A DNA stretch of 64,000 nucleotides, taken from positions 19,282,001 through 19,346,000 of the forward strand of contig OX597840.1 in NCBI GenBank assembly GCA_951406725.2, in the 5' to 3' direction. The number at the start of each line of letters is the position of its first letter. The first letter of the stretch is position 1. Below are positions 25,666-39,905 of the stretch, one piece after another. The notes beneath the pieces were generated by a model that had not been told where the DNA came from, made no database searches, and worked only from the letters and a program-made list of their open reading frames with translations. Both the position numbers and the translations under genes were made by a program. This DNA is from Octopus vulgaris (Eukaryota).

Positions 25666-26437
<772 letters not shown>

Positions 26438-27378
26438 AACAAGCTGATGTTGACCAGAAGCAAACCCATCAGTGGCTACGGAGCTCAGGGCTAAAAGCAG
26501 AGAGCGAAGGTTTCATCCTGGCTGCTCAAGATCAAAGACTATTAACCCGGAACTACCAGGCCAATGTGATGAAAAATGGAGCAGACCCAAAATGCCGATT
26601 CTGCAACGACATGATTGAAACAGTGGACCACCTAATCTCTGGATGTAAATTCTTAGCACCAGTGGAGTATAAATTAAGACATGACAGAGTTGGTCAATAT
26701 CTACACTGGCTAATAAGTCGGCATTACAATATCAAAACTAATCCGACAAGTGGTATAATCACCACCCTGAAGCTGTAACTGAAGGAGAAAATGTAACGAT
26801 TCTGTGGGACTTTCCAGTACATACAGACCGAACCATCAAAGCCAATAAACCGGATATTGTTGTGAAAGACCAAAACAATAAAGTTAGCTTATTGATCGAC
26901 ATGAGCATCCCCTGTGATCATAATATCTCGGCGAAAGAGTTTGACAAGCTCAGAAAATATAAAGACCTGCTCATTGAAATTGAGAAAATGCGATTCTGAC
27001 GCATCTTCAGTGGAGTATAATAGACATGAGAGTTGGTTAATCTAGCTAGGCGGTTACAATACCAGTGATCGTAGGAGCACTAGGAATGATCAAGAAGGGA
27101 ACCGAAAATTATATGAGAATGATTCCTGGCTTACCATCCCTGCAAGAAGTGCAAAAGATTGTCTTAACTGGTACATCACACGTATTGAGAAGAGCATTGT
27201 CGATGTGAGAACTATTACTACCCATGTATTTTAATTTAACTTTTAAAAAAAATGAACGAACTAGTGAGTTTAGTTTAATGGCCTACCAATGTATACTATG
27301 AGTTTATTTGCCCTAGGGGTCGGGAAGACACTCGGCAAGAAATGGAAGCAGATTTGAAAGAAGAAAAAAAAGATGATA

Positions 27379-27380
<2 letters not shown>
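26438..27380 (+). pseudogene. R4/Dong-clade LINE 3' part (CCHC knuckle, restriction-like endonuclease, 3' UTR)
   Basis: WLRSSGLKAESEGFILAAQDQ, CRFC..ETVDHLISGC..RHD, WDFPVHTDRTIKANKPDIVV..IDMSIP, VIVGALG; ends in (AAT)n. Confidence 0.9.
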
Positions 27381-27439
<59 letters not shown>

Positions 27440-27653
27440 GTCCTTTCTACTGTAGACACAATGCCTGAAATTTTGTGGGAGATGGAAGTCGATGACGTCG
27501 ATCTCACTACTTGACTGATACTTAATTTATCGACCATGAAAGGATGGAAAGGCAAAGTCCACCTCGGTGGAATTTGAACTCAGAACGTACAGACGGAGAA
27601 AATACCGCTAAGTATTTCGCCCGGCGTGCTAAAGATTCTGCCAGCTCACCGCT
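27440..27653 (-). mobile_element. SINE family B
   Basis: Same head and core as 16038-16261. Confidence 0.8.
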
Positions 27654-27816
27654 TTAATAATAACAATAACAATAATGATAATAAAAACGACAACAATAAC
27701 AACAATAATATAAATAACAGCAACAACATGAACAATAGCAACAAATACATCAATAAACAAAATTATCTGCAGAAGCATTTGTCTGGTGGTTAGAGTAATA
27801 AAACTATACAGGAGTC

Positions 27817-27885
<69 letters not shown>

Positions 27886-28096
27886 TGTAGTAATAATACT
27901 AATAATAATAAGAAGAAGAAGAAGAAGAAGGGGAAGGGGAAGAAGAAGTAGTAGTAGTAAAAAAAGAAGAGGGGAAGAAGAACAAAGGGAGGAAGAGGAA
28001 GAGGAGGGAGGGGAAGACGAAGAATAGCAACAACAACAGTAACAATAGCAATAAGATAAAGAATTTCAAATGACAATAATGACTAATAACATCCAC

Positions 28097-28161
<65 letters not shown>

Positions 28162-28178
28162 CAACAGTAATGATGATA

Positions 28179-28210
<32 letters not shown>

Positions 28211-28729
28211 GGTGGTGGTGGTGGTGGTGGTGGTGGTGGTGGTGGTGGTGGTGGTGGTGGTGGTGGTGGTGGTTCGGTAAAGACCGGTTGATCGAAATCA
28301 GTGGGGTGTGTTTATTAAATTCCCACCAATTCTCCGAATGGCAGACACTTTCTGATAACTCCATTATAGATATCTATTGCTTAGCAAATCGATTGATTCC
28401 TTCATAGCTCCTTTCTTTCCCGCGGTTCTTTACTTCTTTCTTTTTCTTTCTTTCTTTCAGCTTTGCATTTTTTGCTTTTGTTTTTTTTTTCCTTTTTTCT
28501 TTTTTTTTTCGATTTTCTTTTTTTTTTTTTTTCTTTCACGCTTATCTTTTATTCTGTGTTACACCATTTTCGAAAAGGAAACAAAAGAAAAAGAGAACAA
28601 GGGAAGAATTACAAGAACGAAAGCAAAATGGTTTATCGACGACGAGAAAGTTCTCATTATCAACGTTGTTAGAATTTTATGTATCTCTCTATCTCCCTTA
28701 CTCTCTTTCTCTCACCCTCGCTCTCCCCC

Positions 28730-28794
28730 TCTCTCTCTCTCTCTCTTCATATATATATGCGTGTGTGTGTATGTATGTGTGTGTGCGTGTGTGT

Positions 28795-28852
<58 letters not shown>

Positions 28853-28969
28853 ATATATACATATATATATGTATGTATATATATATATATATGTATGTAT
28901 ATATATATACATATATATATATATGTTGATATATATGTATGTATATATATATATATACATATATATATA

Positions 28970-29045
<76 letters not shown>

Positions 29046-29095
29046 TCAGTATCTATTTATATATCTGTCTATTTGTACTCACACACACACATACA

Positions 29096-29155
<60 letters not shown>

Positions 29156-29239
29156 ATATGAATGTATACACATGAATCAAAATTATATATCAGTAAATGT
29201 GCGTGTTTATGTTTATGTATATATGTATGTATGTATGTA

Positions 29240-29285
<46 letters not shown>
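28730..29285. repeat. Long (TA)n-rich dinucleotide array, one of many in the window
   Basis: Direct observation; source of the YIYI ORFs. Confidence 0.95.
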
Positions 29286-29286
<1 letters not shown>

Positions 29287-29541
29287 TAATAAATAAAATA
29301 TATGCATACATACAAACATATATGTACGTACCGACATCTACATGTATATATACATACATATATAAATATATATACGTACAGGACACCACAAGAAGACGTA
29401 AAAATCAACAGAAACGAAAACGGAAAAGCCATTTTGTTACAACAGAAGGACAGAGACGTGGAACAAGACGAAACGAAAACGGGAAAAGCAATTATGTACA
29501 GCAGAAAAACGAAGTACAGGACATGCTGCACAAGGAAAAAT

Positions 29542-29584
29542 CTCCTTCATCAGCTGTCGCTAGCAGACATAGCGTGTTTCGAAG
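29542..29584 (-). ncRNA. Hammerhead-like motif in permuted (type II-like) order
   Basis: CUUC-GAAAC-ACGCUAU-GUC-UGCUAGCGACAG-CUGAUGA-A-GGAG; stems II and III pair, stem I imperfect. Confidence 0.45.
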
Positions 29585-29808
29585 GCAAGACAGGACACGT
29601 ATGGTCATGCTAGGCCTTCCTACGAGAAAATTAAAATAAAATAACCTCGTAGAGGGGCAAAACGAGCAAGAAAAAATGTATAAGTGAGTGATGTGTAAAA
29701 CACCTGCAGAGTTTCGATTACCTGTTATTATCCGTAGATTGCAGGAACTTCATAGTGGTGGTTGTGGTAACAGTATTAATAAAATAGATAGAACAAAGAT
29801 TTTATTTA

Positions 29809-29848
29809 GTACGACACGTTTCGACCTGTTCTGGGTCTCTTCGGATAC
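29809..29848 (-). ncRNA. Minimal type I hammerhead-like motif (core CCGAAGA)
   Basis: GUAU-CCGAAGA-GACC(CAGAACA)GGUC-GAAAC-GU-GUC-GUAC. Confidence 0.65.
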
Positions 29849-30520
29849 ATAAAAAATAAAAAGTCTCCCTGGAGATTCGGTTTTACGTATCGCTAAATGT
29901 CCGTCGACTTTGGGAATGAGTAAGAAACGGAGAAAAGTTGAAACGGGAAAAAATTCAAATATGAACGTGAAAATTCTAGTTTCAAGAAAATGACGTTTTG
30001 AGCCATCGCTGTTGTTGCTGTTGAGAAAGAAAGGGAATTAGAGAGGAAGATAATTCTTAGACGGAAAATTTTTTTTGTATTCGACTGTCCGTCTACTCCT
30101 TATTTCGAGCAATGAACGGCAAGATAAGACTTTGAAAGCAGTTGCTGCCGCGAACCAAAATAAAATTTGGGATTTACGAAGGGTCAAAGTTGGTAACAAA
30201 AACAAGACATGCAACAAACTAAACGAAACGAGCACAAACAGGGAGGGCCGTTAAGCTCAGACGATGTTCACTGCTCGAAATAGGGAGTAGGACAGCCGAC
30301 AACTGATGAAGGGTTGTTTTTATGTTACTTGTCTTGTTTTCCATTTGTTTCTCTCGTTCTTTGCGTTATTTTCGTATTTCATGTTGTTTACTTTTGTGTG
30401 ACGTCCTGTACCCATATATGCATACTTATATACATACATATGTATATATATATATATATGTGTGTGTGTATATATGCTTATATATATTATATATAAGCAT
30501 ATATTATATATATTATACAT

Positions 30521-30855
30521 AAGCATGGCTCAGTTGTTAGAACATGGGTCTCACGACCATGAGGTTGTAAGTTTGAATCTCGGACCGGGCTGTGGTGTGT
30601 TGTGTTCTTGAGCAAGACACTTAATTTCACGTTGCTCCAGTTCACTCAGCTGTAGAAATGAGTTGCGACGTCACTGGTGCCAAGCTATATCGGCCCCTTT
30701 GCCTTTGCCTTGGATAACATTGGTGGCATGGAGAGAAGAGATTGGAATGCTTGGGTGACTGCCGGTCTTCCATAAACAAATTTACCTGGACTTGTGCCTT
30801 GGAGGGTAACTTTCTAGGTGCAATCACATGGTTATTCATAACTGAAGGGGTTCAC

Positions 30856-30857
<2 letters not shown>
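30521..30857 (+). mobile_element. tRNA-derived SINE family C (CORE/V-like central box)
   Basis: tRNA-like head then GTGTTCTTGAGCAAGACACTT..GCTCCAGTTCACTCAGCTGTAGAAATGAGT; other copies at 37768-38098 and 50990-51224. Confidence 0.85.
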
Positions 30858-30925
<68 letters not shown>

Positions 30926-30932
<7 letters not shown>

Positions 30933-31280
30933 ATATTTCGGAATGGTCATTTTGCCAGTTTAGCCAATAAAAACACACGCACTATATATTTGGTGTTTTT
31001 TGCTTCATTGTTATTTATTTTTTACATTAATCTTAATCTTATTTCGGCCAGAGTTCTTTCGTCACACTCCTGTGACCGCATCAGTGGTCCTTTGTTTTCT
31101 TCTAAGATTAATGTAAAAAATAAATAACAATGAAGCAAAATAACACCAAATATATAGTGCGTGTGTTTTTATTGGCTAAACTGGCAAAATGACCATTCCG
31201 AAATATAACAATATCTGTTTCAACACACGACTTCACATAAAAAATCTTGCACAACAAATATTTAAACGTATATATATATA
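30926..31280. mobile_element. Hammerhead-bearing repeat (family P) in fold-back arrangement
   Basis: ~30926-31033 inverted at ~31104-31214; spacer holds the hammerhead; same family as 33630-34155 and 40705-40945. Confidence 0.85.
31046..31090 (-). ncRNA. Hammerhead-like motif, variant core CUGAUGC, CUC triplet
   Basis: GGACCA-CUGAUGC-G-GUCAC(AGGAGU)GUGAC-GAAAG-AA-CUC-UGGCC. Confidence 0.6.
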
Positions 31281-31303
31281 TAAAACTATGCGTAAAACAC
31301 AAA

Positions 31304-31600
31304 CGCAGGCGTGGCTGTGTAGTAAGAAGCTTGCTTTCCAACCACATAATTCCGGGTTCAGTGACACCTCGAGTAAGTATTTTCTACTATAGCATCGGGC
31401 AAACCAAAGCCTTTTGAGTGGACTTGGTAGACGGAAATGTAAAGAAGTCCGTCGTGTTCGCGCGCGCGTTTTCCTGTTTGTCCACCCACCACCACTTGAC
31501 AAGTGGTGATGGTGTGTTTACGGTCCCGTAACCTAGCGGTTCGGCAAAAGTTACAGGCAGAATATGTACTAAGCTTAAGAAATAAGTCCTGGGGTCTATT
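31304..31600 (+). mobile_element. SINE family A, diverged
   Basis: Head and tail motifs both present. Confidence 0.75.
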
Positions 31601-32187
31601 CTCATCTTGGGGTACTTAGGGTACTTCTCATCTTGGAGTACTTCTCATCTTGGGTACTTAACTAGTTCAGACAGACATCGGCGTTGATGCCACTCTATGA
31701 CCGCTGTTTGTGTGTTTACATCCCACTGAGATAGCGGTTCGATATAAACGACCGATAGAATAAATATCAGGTTTTAAAACAGTAAATATACAGGTTGATT
31801 CGTTCGATTAAAACCTCCTCAAGGGGGGGCCCCAGCATGGCCGTGGTCTGATGTGCAATAGTGCCTTCTCTCGTATGTATACAGGAAAATGGAGAGTGGC
31901 TGTATGCGCAAGATTCTTTAAAAGTTGATGAGTAGAAATCAAGTTTAATGAAAGTCATCAAAAATTAAACATGAAGCACAAACAGATGTAAGAGACAGGC
32001 TCACAGTTATCATCTACGCGTTTTTTTTCATCTCTTCATCTGTTCATCTTGTCAGCTTCTCGTCTTTTCATCTTGTCATCACAGCAAAGTGAAGTTTCGA
32101 AGCAAAGGGGAGCAACACAGAAAATCAACGAAGAAAATGTTCAGAAATATAAATACTTCACACTCTCTCTCTCTCTCTTACTCTCTA

Positions 32188-32233
<46 letters not shown>

Positions 32234-32396
32234 GCGCGCACACTCACATGCAAACACATACACGTTTGCGCGCACGCATACGCACATACTAACGTATGCA
32301 CACTCACGCACACTCACATGTGTACTTGCACTTCTCTATATGTACATGTATATATATATATATATATGCTTATATAATTTTACACATGCGTATGTA

Positions 32397-32452
<56 letters not shown>

Positions 32453-32715
32453 TATATGTATATATATACAGATACATATATATATATAATTATATAAGCA
32501 TATATAACCATATACACACATCTCCATTTTCGCAATCTCGAACATACATGTATGTATGTGTATATATATATACACGCATCCATGCATACAAAGAGAGAGA
32601 GAGAGAAGAAAACGAGAAAGAGAGAAAGAAACAAAAGAAAGTTTTAGAATGGGGAATTCCAGAACAGATAACTCACACACTTCACACACACTTCACACAC
32701 ACACACACACACACA

Positions 32716-32763
<48 letters not shown>

Positions 32764-33532
32764 TACACACACACAAGAAAGGAAAGAAAAACCAAAATTA
32801 AAGATTTCGTAAAACAGGATTTTTTTTTAAGAATGATCTTTATTCTCAGCCAACAAACATGGCCGACTCTCTTGGTTTTCTTCTCGACATTTTGCTACGA
32901 ATGATTTTAGATGGGCTGGTTTGTTTTTAAAAAAAAAACACGTTTTTCATATATTTTGTTGTGCTAGTTGTCATTTTTTCGTGTTGTTGTTGTTGTAGTA
33001 ATCATAACAGTAGTTGTTGTAATTGTTTTATTGTATTATAGTTGTTTGTTTGGTCTTTTCATTTCTCAAAGGAGTTCCTGCCATAACCATCTTTGAGTCA
33101 ATTGTAAAATTCAACCTTCCGTTTTTTTTAAGACAGTAGGAAGATTTAACTGTGATTTCTAAACTGCCAAGCGACCGTATAGAGGTTGAGAGACGGTCAG
33201 TGAAGTTCAAACCGTGACCATCCATCCATTTTTCCGTATATAGCAGATATAATTGTACATTATCAACAGTCTTTCAATTCTTTTAATTTGTTTTTAGTAG
33301 AATATATTATCATCCAAGGAAGATTTGGCTGCGATTTCTAGTATGGAAGTGTGGCTGTATGGTAAAAAGCTTGCTTCGCAAACACATGGTTCTGGGTTCA
33401 GTCCCACTGCGGGCTTACAAAAGCTTTGTGAGTGGATTTGGTAGACAGAAACTGAAATAAGCTCGTCATGTATGTGCATATACACGACGGGCTTCGTTAT
33501 ATATATGTGTGTGTGTGTGTGTGTATATATGC

Positions 33533-33637
<105 letters not shown>

Positions 33638-33751
33638 ATATTTCGGAATGGTCATATTGCCAGTTTAGCCAATAAAAACACACGCACTATATATTTGGTG
33701 TTATTTTGCTTCAGTGATATTTATTTTTTACATTAATCTTAATCTTATTTC

Positions 33752-33796
33752 GGCCAAAGTTCTTTCGTCACACTCCTGTGACCGCATCAGTGGTCC
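33752..33796 (-). ncRNA. Hammerhead-like motif, variant core, left arm of palindrome
   Basis: Mirror image of 33931-33975. Confidence 0.55.
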
Positions 33797-33930
33797 TTTG
33801 TTTTCTTCTCACTTACTTGTGTCTCTCCTTACTAACCGTCAGCCATTTTGTATTTCTATTGTATACAATAGAAATACAAAATGGCTGACGGTTAGTAAGG
33901 AGAGACACAAGTAAGTGAGAAGAAAACAAA

Positions 33931-33975
33931 GGACCACTGATGCGGTCACAGGAGTGTGACGAAAGAACTTTGGCC
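33931..33975 (+). ncRNA. Hammerhead-like motif, variant core, right arm of palindrome
   Basis: GGACCA-CUGAUGC-G-GUCAC(AGGAGU)GUGAC-GAAAG-AA-CUU-UGGCC. Confidence 0.55.
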
Positions 33976-34402
33976 GAAATAAGATTAAGATTAATGTAAA
34001 AAATAAATATCACTGAAGCAAAATAACACCAAATATATAGTGCGTGTGTTTTTATTGGCTAAACTGGCAATATGACCATTCCGAAATATAACAATATCTG
34101 TTTCAACACACGACTTCACATAAAAAATCTTGCACAACAAATATTTAAACGTATATATATACATACATATATTTATACATATACGTGTGTGTGTGTGTGT
34201 GTGTGTGTGCGTATGCGAATGTGTCTAAGTTTATGCCTCCGCCTATGCTTCACAACCGGTGTTTGTGTGTTTACTTAACGGTTCGGCAAAAGACATCGAT
34301 AAAATAAGTACTATGCTTATAAAAAAAATAAGTCTTGTTGTCGATTTGTTTGACTAAGGCGCTCCAGCATGGCCACAGACAGATGACTGAAATAAATAAA
34401 AG

Positions 34403-34449
<47 letters not shown>

Positions 34450-34956
34450 ATATATATATATGTATATATATATTTAGAGTTTATGAGGGGTAATGATGTC
34501 AATAAGACAAATATATATAATTGGATGGCCATGCCTGGAATTCGGCTGATCTCAGATCAACGTCTTTAAGGTCGCTTGACATACTAGAAATCGAAGCCAA
34601 ATCTTTCTCAGATTACAACTTACTGCGTTAAAAAAATGGACGGACGAATTTCATAAGATAGTCCTTATGATCACGTCAAGAAAGTCGTCTGGTCTTAGAT
34701 CAATCCCAATACTGTCACTTGGCGTACGAGAAATTATGGCCAGTCAAATCCACAGATCACGTGGATTTAAAAACTTAATGAAAATGAACGACACCCAATA
34801 ATCAGCATCTCTATGTATTTCTAAGCATGGCTTGATGATCACGGATGGAACTTTACTGATCGTTAGTCAGCCTCTACACGGTTATTTTGTACGCTAGAAA
34901 TAGTAGCCAAATCTTTCTCAAATAAAGAAAATAAGAAACTGAAGCATGCTTTAGAT

Positions 34957-35263
34957 TAGTGGTTCTCAACCGTTTTCTTATTTATGAACCCCTTTGATTA
35001 CTATTTTATTCTGATGGACCCTTATAGCCATGTTTCGATATTTAAAAGCTAGTTTCAGAGAAACTTCTTTCAAAATTCCTATTTTGTCATTCACTCATTC
35101 ACTTGTATAGGAGGAAGAAATCTTTTCATGGACACTTAAAATACTACTGTGGAACCCCTATTTACTGTGGAATCCCTATTTACTATTTAGCTAATGAGGA
35201 GCCCCCAAAAGTTTATATAAACACTGCTTCCAGGGGTTGAATAGAACCAGTTGAGAACTACTG
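34957..35263. mobile_element. hAT (Charlie/Buster-like) MITE
   Basis: TIRs TAGTGGTTCTCAACC / AGTTGAGAACTACTG; 8-bp TSD CTTTAGAT/CTTTAAAT. Confidence 0.8.
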
Positions 35264-36220
35264 CTTTAAATAATGCACATCTTTGTGGACTATCTATGGA
35301 AGAAAAACGGCTGGTTGGTCACTGTTGGAACCTCATTGAACGTAGACCAGCTGGATAAGAGCTAAGCTGAAGCTAAACAACAACAATAGCAGCAGCAACA
35401 GCAACAACAACAGCAGCAATAGAAGCAGTAGCAAGAGCATATTAAATGAATTTAAAGGACCGTTGCCATGAAGCCAGCCCTTGTGTTACAGAATGAAATA
35501 TTGACGAACAGGTGTCCAATTAAAAAACAACTTTTGTTGTTTCATTTGTTGTTTGTTTGCGTAATTATTTATATTTTTATTAAAATACCCCTTTATGTGT
35601 GACCGAGATTAAAGCCATGGCGACCAACAGAGCAACAACTGGAAACGGCGTTGATCAAGAAATGTAAAAAAGAAAAGAAACCCGCGAAAAAAAAGACGTA
35701 AGCATCAAGAACAAACATATCAAAGAACTCGTGTGAAAAGTTAAACTATGAGAAGACGGAGCATCGATAGGCAGGTGCGAGCTTTACAGAAAAGCTGTCG
35801 TTCACCAAACTTTAACCAATGAATGAAATCAAACGAAAGAATTCATGAATGAACGTATGAATGAAATAAAACCCGTTTAAACGACTTTTCAAATGTTAAT
35901 TCTGGATTTCCTTTCGCCATTCGTTGAAACCTGTTGTGTGAGAAATATTTTTATGCAAGGAAGTAAATTTCTTTTATTCATGTATTAATGTTTAAAATTA
36001 TTTTTTTTTCTTTCGCGGAGTCATGGTGGTGTTGACGGGGGTGAATTGGCTCTACGAAGTTTCATACAACAGTCTTATTCATTCCCTAAATTATATGTGT
36101 GCGTGCTTATCTTTCTATCTCTCTTTCTATCTATATATATACTTATATATATATATACATTATAACATGTAAATAATCCTCTATTTATCTAATATCGAGG
36201 ACTCATTCTTTTGTTGTTAC

Positions 36221-36303
<83 letters not shown>

Positions 36304-36806
36304 GAGTGAGAGAGTAGTGCATGCCATCAAAGTGACACTGGGCTAAAATATACGAAGCCCAGTATACCCATCATGACTACCCGTCTGATAAGAGTACACC
36401 AGGCACATGCATCACAACCATATGTGCGCGACATGGTGATCTCATATCAAGATAAACAGGATATGACCTTGCCAGTGGGGCCCAGTTAGAATTTTCTTCT
36501 GGTCAAGTAACCCATCCCGCTCAAAAGGTCCCTGAATAAGGGTTGTTTAAGGATGTTGAACGAAACACCCATGTTTCCAGAGGTGAATTATCCAAACCCC
36601 AAAGAATCCCTCTCAACACATGGCTATGATGCTCCCCCACTACTTCTGCTCATGATCAGAGATGCACATATCGTCAGCCACTAAGGGACATGCTCAACTG
36701 GTTAAGGTCAAACAACTGACAAGCAAATCTGTGGTATTGAGCAGAATATTTGCTGTGGTCCATCTTTTATACCAAGACAAAACAATGTACGTGATGACAC
36801 TTCCAA
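36304..36806 (+). mobile_element. Family E interspersed repeat starting at (ATT)n
   Basis: Matches 25985-26437 (inverted), 9505-9815 and 18790-18890; orientation arbitrary. Confidence 0.85.
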
Positions 36807-37205
36807 TGATGGTCATGGATGGAACAACTTTGATTTCTGGAGTCCTGAATAAGAACAGAGCTACAATTAAACATTAATATCGACTCAACAACCAAAGAAC
36901 AGTAAAATCCGTGCGTCCGTCTGTCAGCCTGCTTCTCTCTCCCTTTGTCTCCTTCTCTCTCCCCTTCCTCTCTTATCTCTCTCCATCTTTTTCCTTCAAA
37001 CACAAAAGGAGCGAAAATATTAATATGCCGGATAATTGACAGATCTTACTAAAATCGTAATTTGATTGCGAAAAGTCTTCTCATTTGTACTTTTTTATCT
37101 TTTCAATTTGTTACTGTTGTTGTTATGCTTGTTCTTATATTTAGTGATTTAGAGTGAGAAAACGTGTGTGAGTGTGCGTACGGAGTGTGTGCATCCATAT
37201 ATGTA

Positions 37206-37250
<45 letters not shown>

Positions 37251-37458
37251 ATTTATGCTTCTATGTTTATATATAATCATATATGAGTAAAAATCTATAT
37301 ACACGTCTCGCATATTGTACTCGTATTTTGTGTCTGAGATAATGTATATGTGTATGTGTGTATGTGAGTGAGTGTATATGTGTGTATGCGTATGCGTATG
37401 TATATTCATGTGTGCATATGTATGTATATGTATATATATATGTATATATATATATATG

Positions 37459-37491
<33 letters not shown>

Positions 37492-37610
37492 ACGCAATAT
37501 ACGTATATACATATCTGCACTCACGCATATATAATATGCATACATGCCCACACGCATGTACACACAGATACACGAATACACATACACATGCACATACATA
37601 TATATAAATA

Positions 37611-37665
<55 letters not shown>

Positions 37666-37666
37666 G

Positions 37667-37739
<73 letters not shown>

Positions 37740-37767
37740 GTGTGTGTGTGTGTTTGTATGTAAACAT

Positions 37768-38098
37768 CCCCTTCGCCCTTAAATGACCATGGGATTGCAC
37801 CTAGAAAGTTACCCTCTGAGGCACAATTCCAGACAAAGGTGTTTGAGGAAGACCGGCAGTCGCGCATGCATACAAATCTTTTCTCTCCACGCCACGAGTG
37901 TTATCCAAGAGAATGGCAAAGGCCGATACAGCTTGGCACCAGTGACATTGCAACTCATTTCTACAGCTGAGTGAACTGGAGCAATGTGAAATAAAGTGTC
38001 TTGCTCAAGAACACAATACACAGCCCGGTCCGGGATTCGAACTTACAACCTCACGATCGTAAGGTCGACGCTCTAACCACTGAGTCATGCACCTTCAC
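37768..38098 (-). mobile_element. SINE family C
   Basis: Reverse complement of 30521-30857, with a clear B-box GTTCGAATCCC. Confidence 0.85.
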
Positions 38099-38249
38099 AT
38101 GCGCCTTCACTATATATATATACACACACATATATATACATACCTACATATATATATATACATATATACATAAATAAATGTATTAATATACTTATATATA
38201 TATGTACATATATATATATACATATATATGTATATACATATACATACAC

Positions 38250-38298
<49 letters not shown>

Positions 38299-38411
38299 CA
38301 TATACATATATAAATATGTAGATACACACATATATATGCACACATGAATATACATACGCATACACATACACACAAGCACACTCACTCATACACACAAAAT
38401 ACGAGCACATG

Positions 38412-38467
<56 letters not shown>

Positions 38468-39021
38468 GGTACACTTCTAACAACCCAACCCAATTAGAAA
38501 TCAATCCACTGTGTATATGAGACTTAGGTGAAAGCTAATTATTAGATTAGTAAATTACGCTAATTGCAAATTGTGGAGCATTTAGCTTGATAGGACTGAG
38601 AAATTATCGATCAGGCTTCAATAATCTAAAATCAATTGATACAATGACTTCGATTACAGTCTAGAGTGTTGCCCTGTCTCCACACCCCTCTCCGCCCCTA
38701 ATCCATAATATTTTCATAAAAGTGATCGCTTCATAATCGCTTAATAATTATTGTAATTCTCCTCTTAATTACATTTACAATAAAAGAAATAATTAGGGCG
38801 GCGATCAAAGAAGCTATATTTACACGGATAGTGTTTGTAGAATCGTTACAACGATACACGCATTTTCAGTTCAGTTCTTGCACAGCCAGTGACGGTGGTT
38901 GACTTAGACGTGTCATCCTTAAAGCATATATTAAACATGTATACTGCGGATATATTCTTCTCGAGCAAACACTGCTAATCGTTCACTGGTTGTCAAACGG
39001 TTTTGAGACACACGCACACGT

Positions 39022-39905
39022 TACGACGGCTTCTTTCAGCTTCCGTCTACTAACTCCACTTACAAGGCTTTGGTCAGCCGGAGGCTATAGTAGAAAACAC
39101 TTGCCCAAGATACCATGCAATGGGACTGAACCCGGAACCATGTGGTTGGTAAGCAAGTTTCTAACCTCACAGACACGCCTACGCCTATTGTATATTTCTA
39201 GAATGGAATTGTATGGTAGGTATGATCTACTCGGTTTGAAATTGGAACAGGTAGAATATTTTGATCAGATATATATTTCTTTACTACCCACAGGGGGCTA
39301 AACGCAGAGAGAACAAACAAGGACAGACAAACGGATTAAGTCGATTATATCGTCCCCAGTGCGCAACTGGTACTTATTTGATCGACCCCGTGAGGGTGAA
39401 AGGCAAAGTCGACCTCGGCGGAATTTGAACTCAGAACTTAGCGGCAGACGAAATACTGCTAAGCATTTCGCCCGGCGTGCTAACGTTTCTGCCAGCTCGC
39501 CCAAGATACCATGCAATGGGACTGAACCCGGAACCATGTGGTTGGGAAGCAAGTTTCTTACTACACAGACACGCCTACGCCTATTGTATATTTCTAGAAT
39601 GACATTGTATGGTAGGAGGGATGAGTCAGATCTACTCGGTTTGAACATGGAACAGGTAGAATATTTTGATCATATATATATTTCTTTACTACCCACAAGG
39701 GGCTAAACATAGAGGGGACAAACAAGGACAAATGGATTAAGTCGATTATATCGACCCAGTGCGAAACTGGTACTTATTTAATTAACCCCGAGAGGATAAA
39801 AGGCAAAGTCGACCTCAGCGGAATTTGAACTCAGAACGTAACAACAGACGAAATACTGCTAAGCATTTCGCCCGGCGCGCTAACGTTTCTGCCAGCTCAC
39901 CGCTT
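39022..39905 (-). mobile_element. Tandemly duplicated SINE A head / spacer / SINE B composite
   Basis: ~400-bp unit GCCCAAGATACCATGCAATGGG...GCCAGCTC at ~39103-39498 and ~39499-39898. Confidence 0.85.

Noticed and set aside
28377-29639. Longest ORF (420 aa)
   Set aside because: Read-through of poly-T and (TA)n tracts; no domain-like content
33714-34013. Identical 66-aa ORFs on opposite strands
   Set aside because: A consequence of the palindrome, not genes
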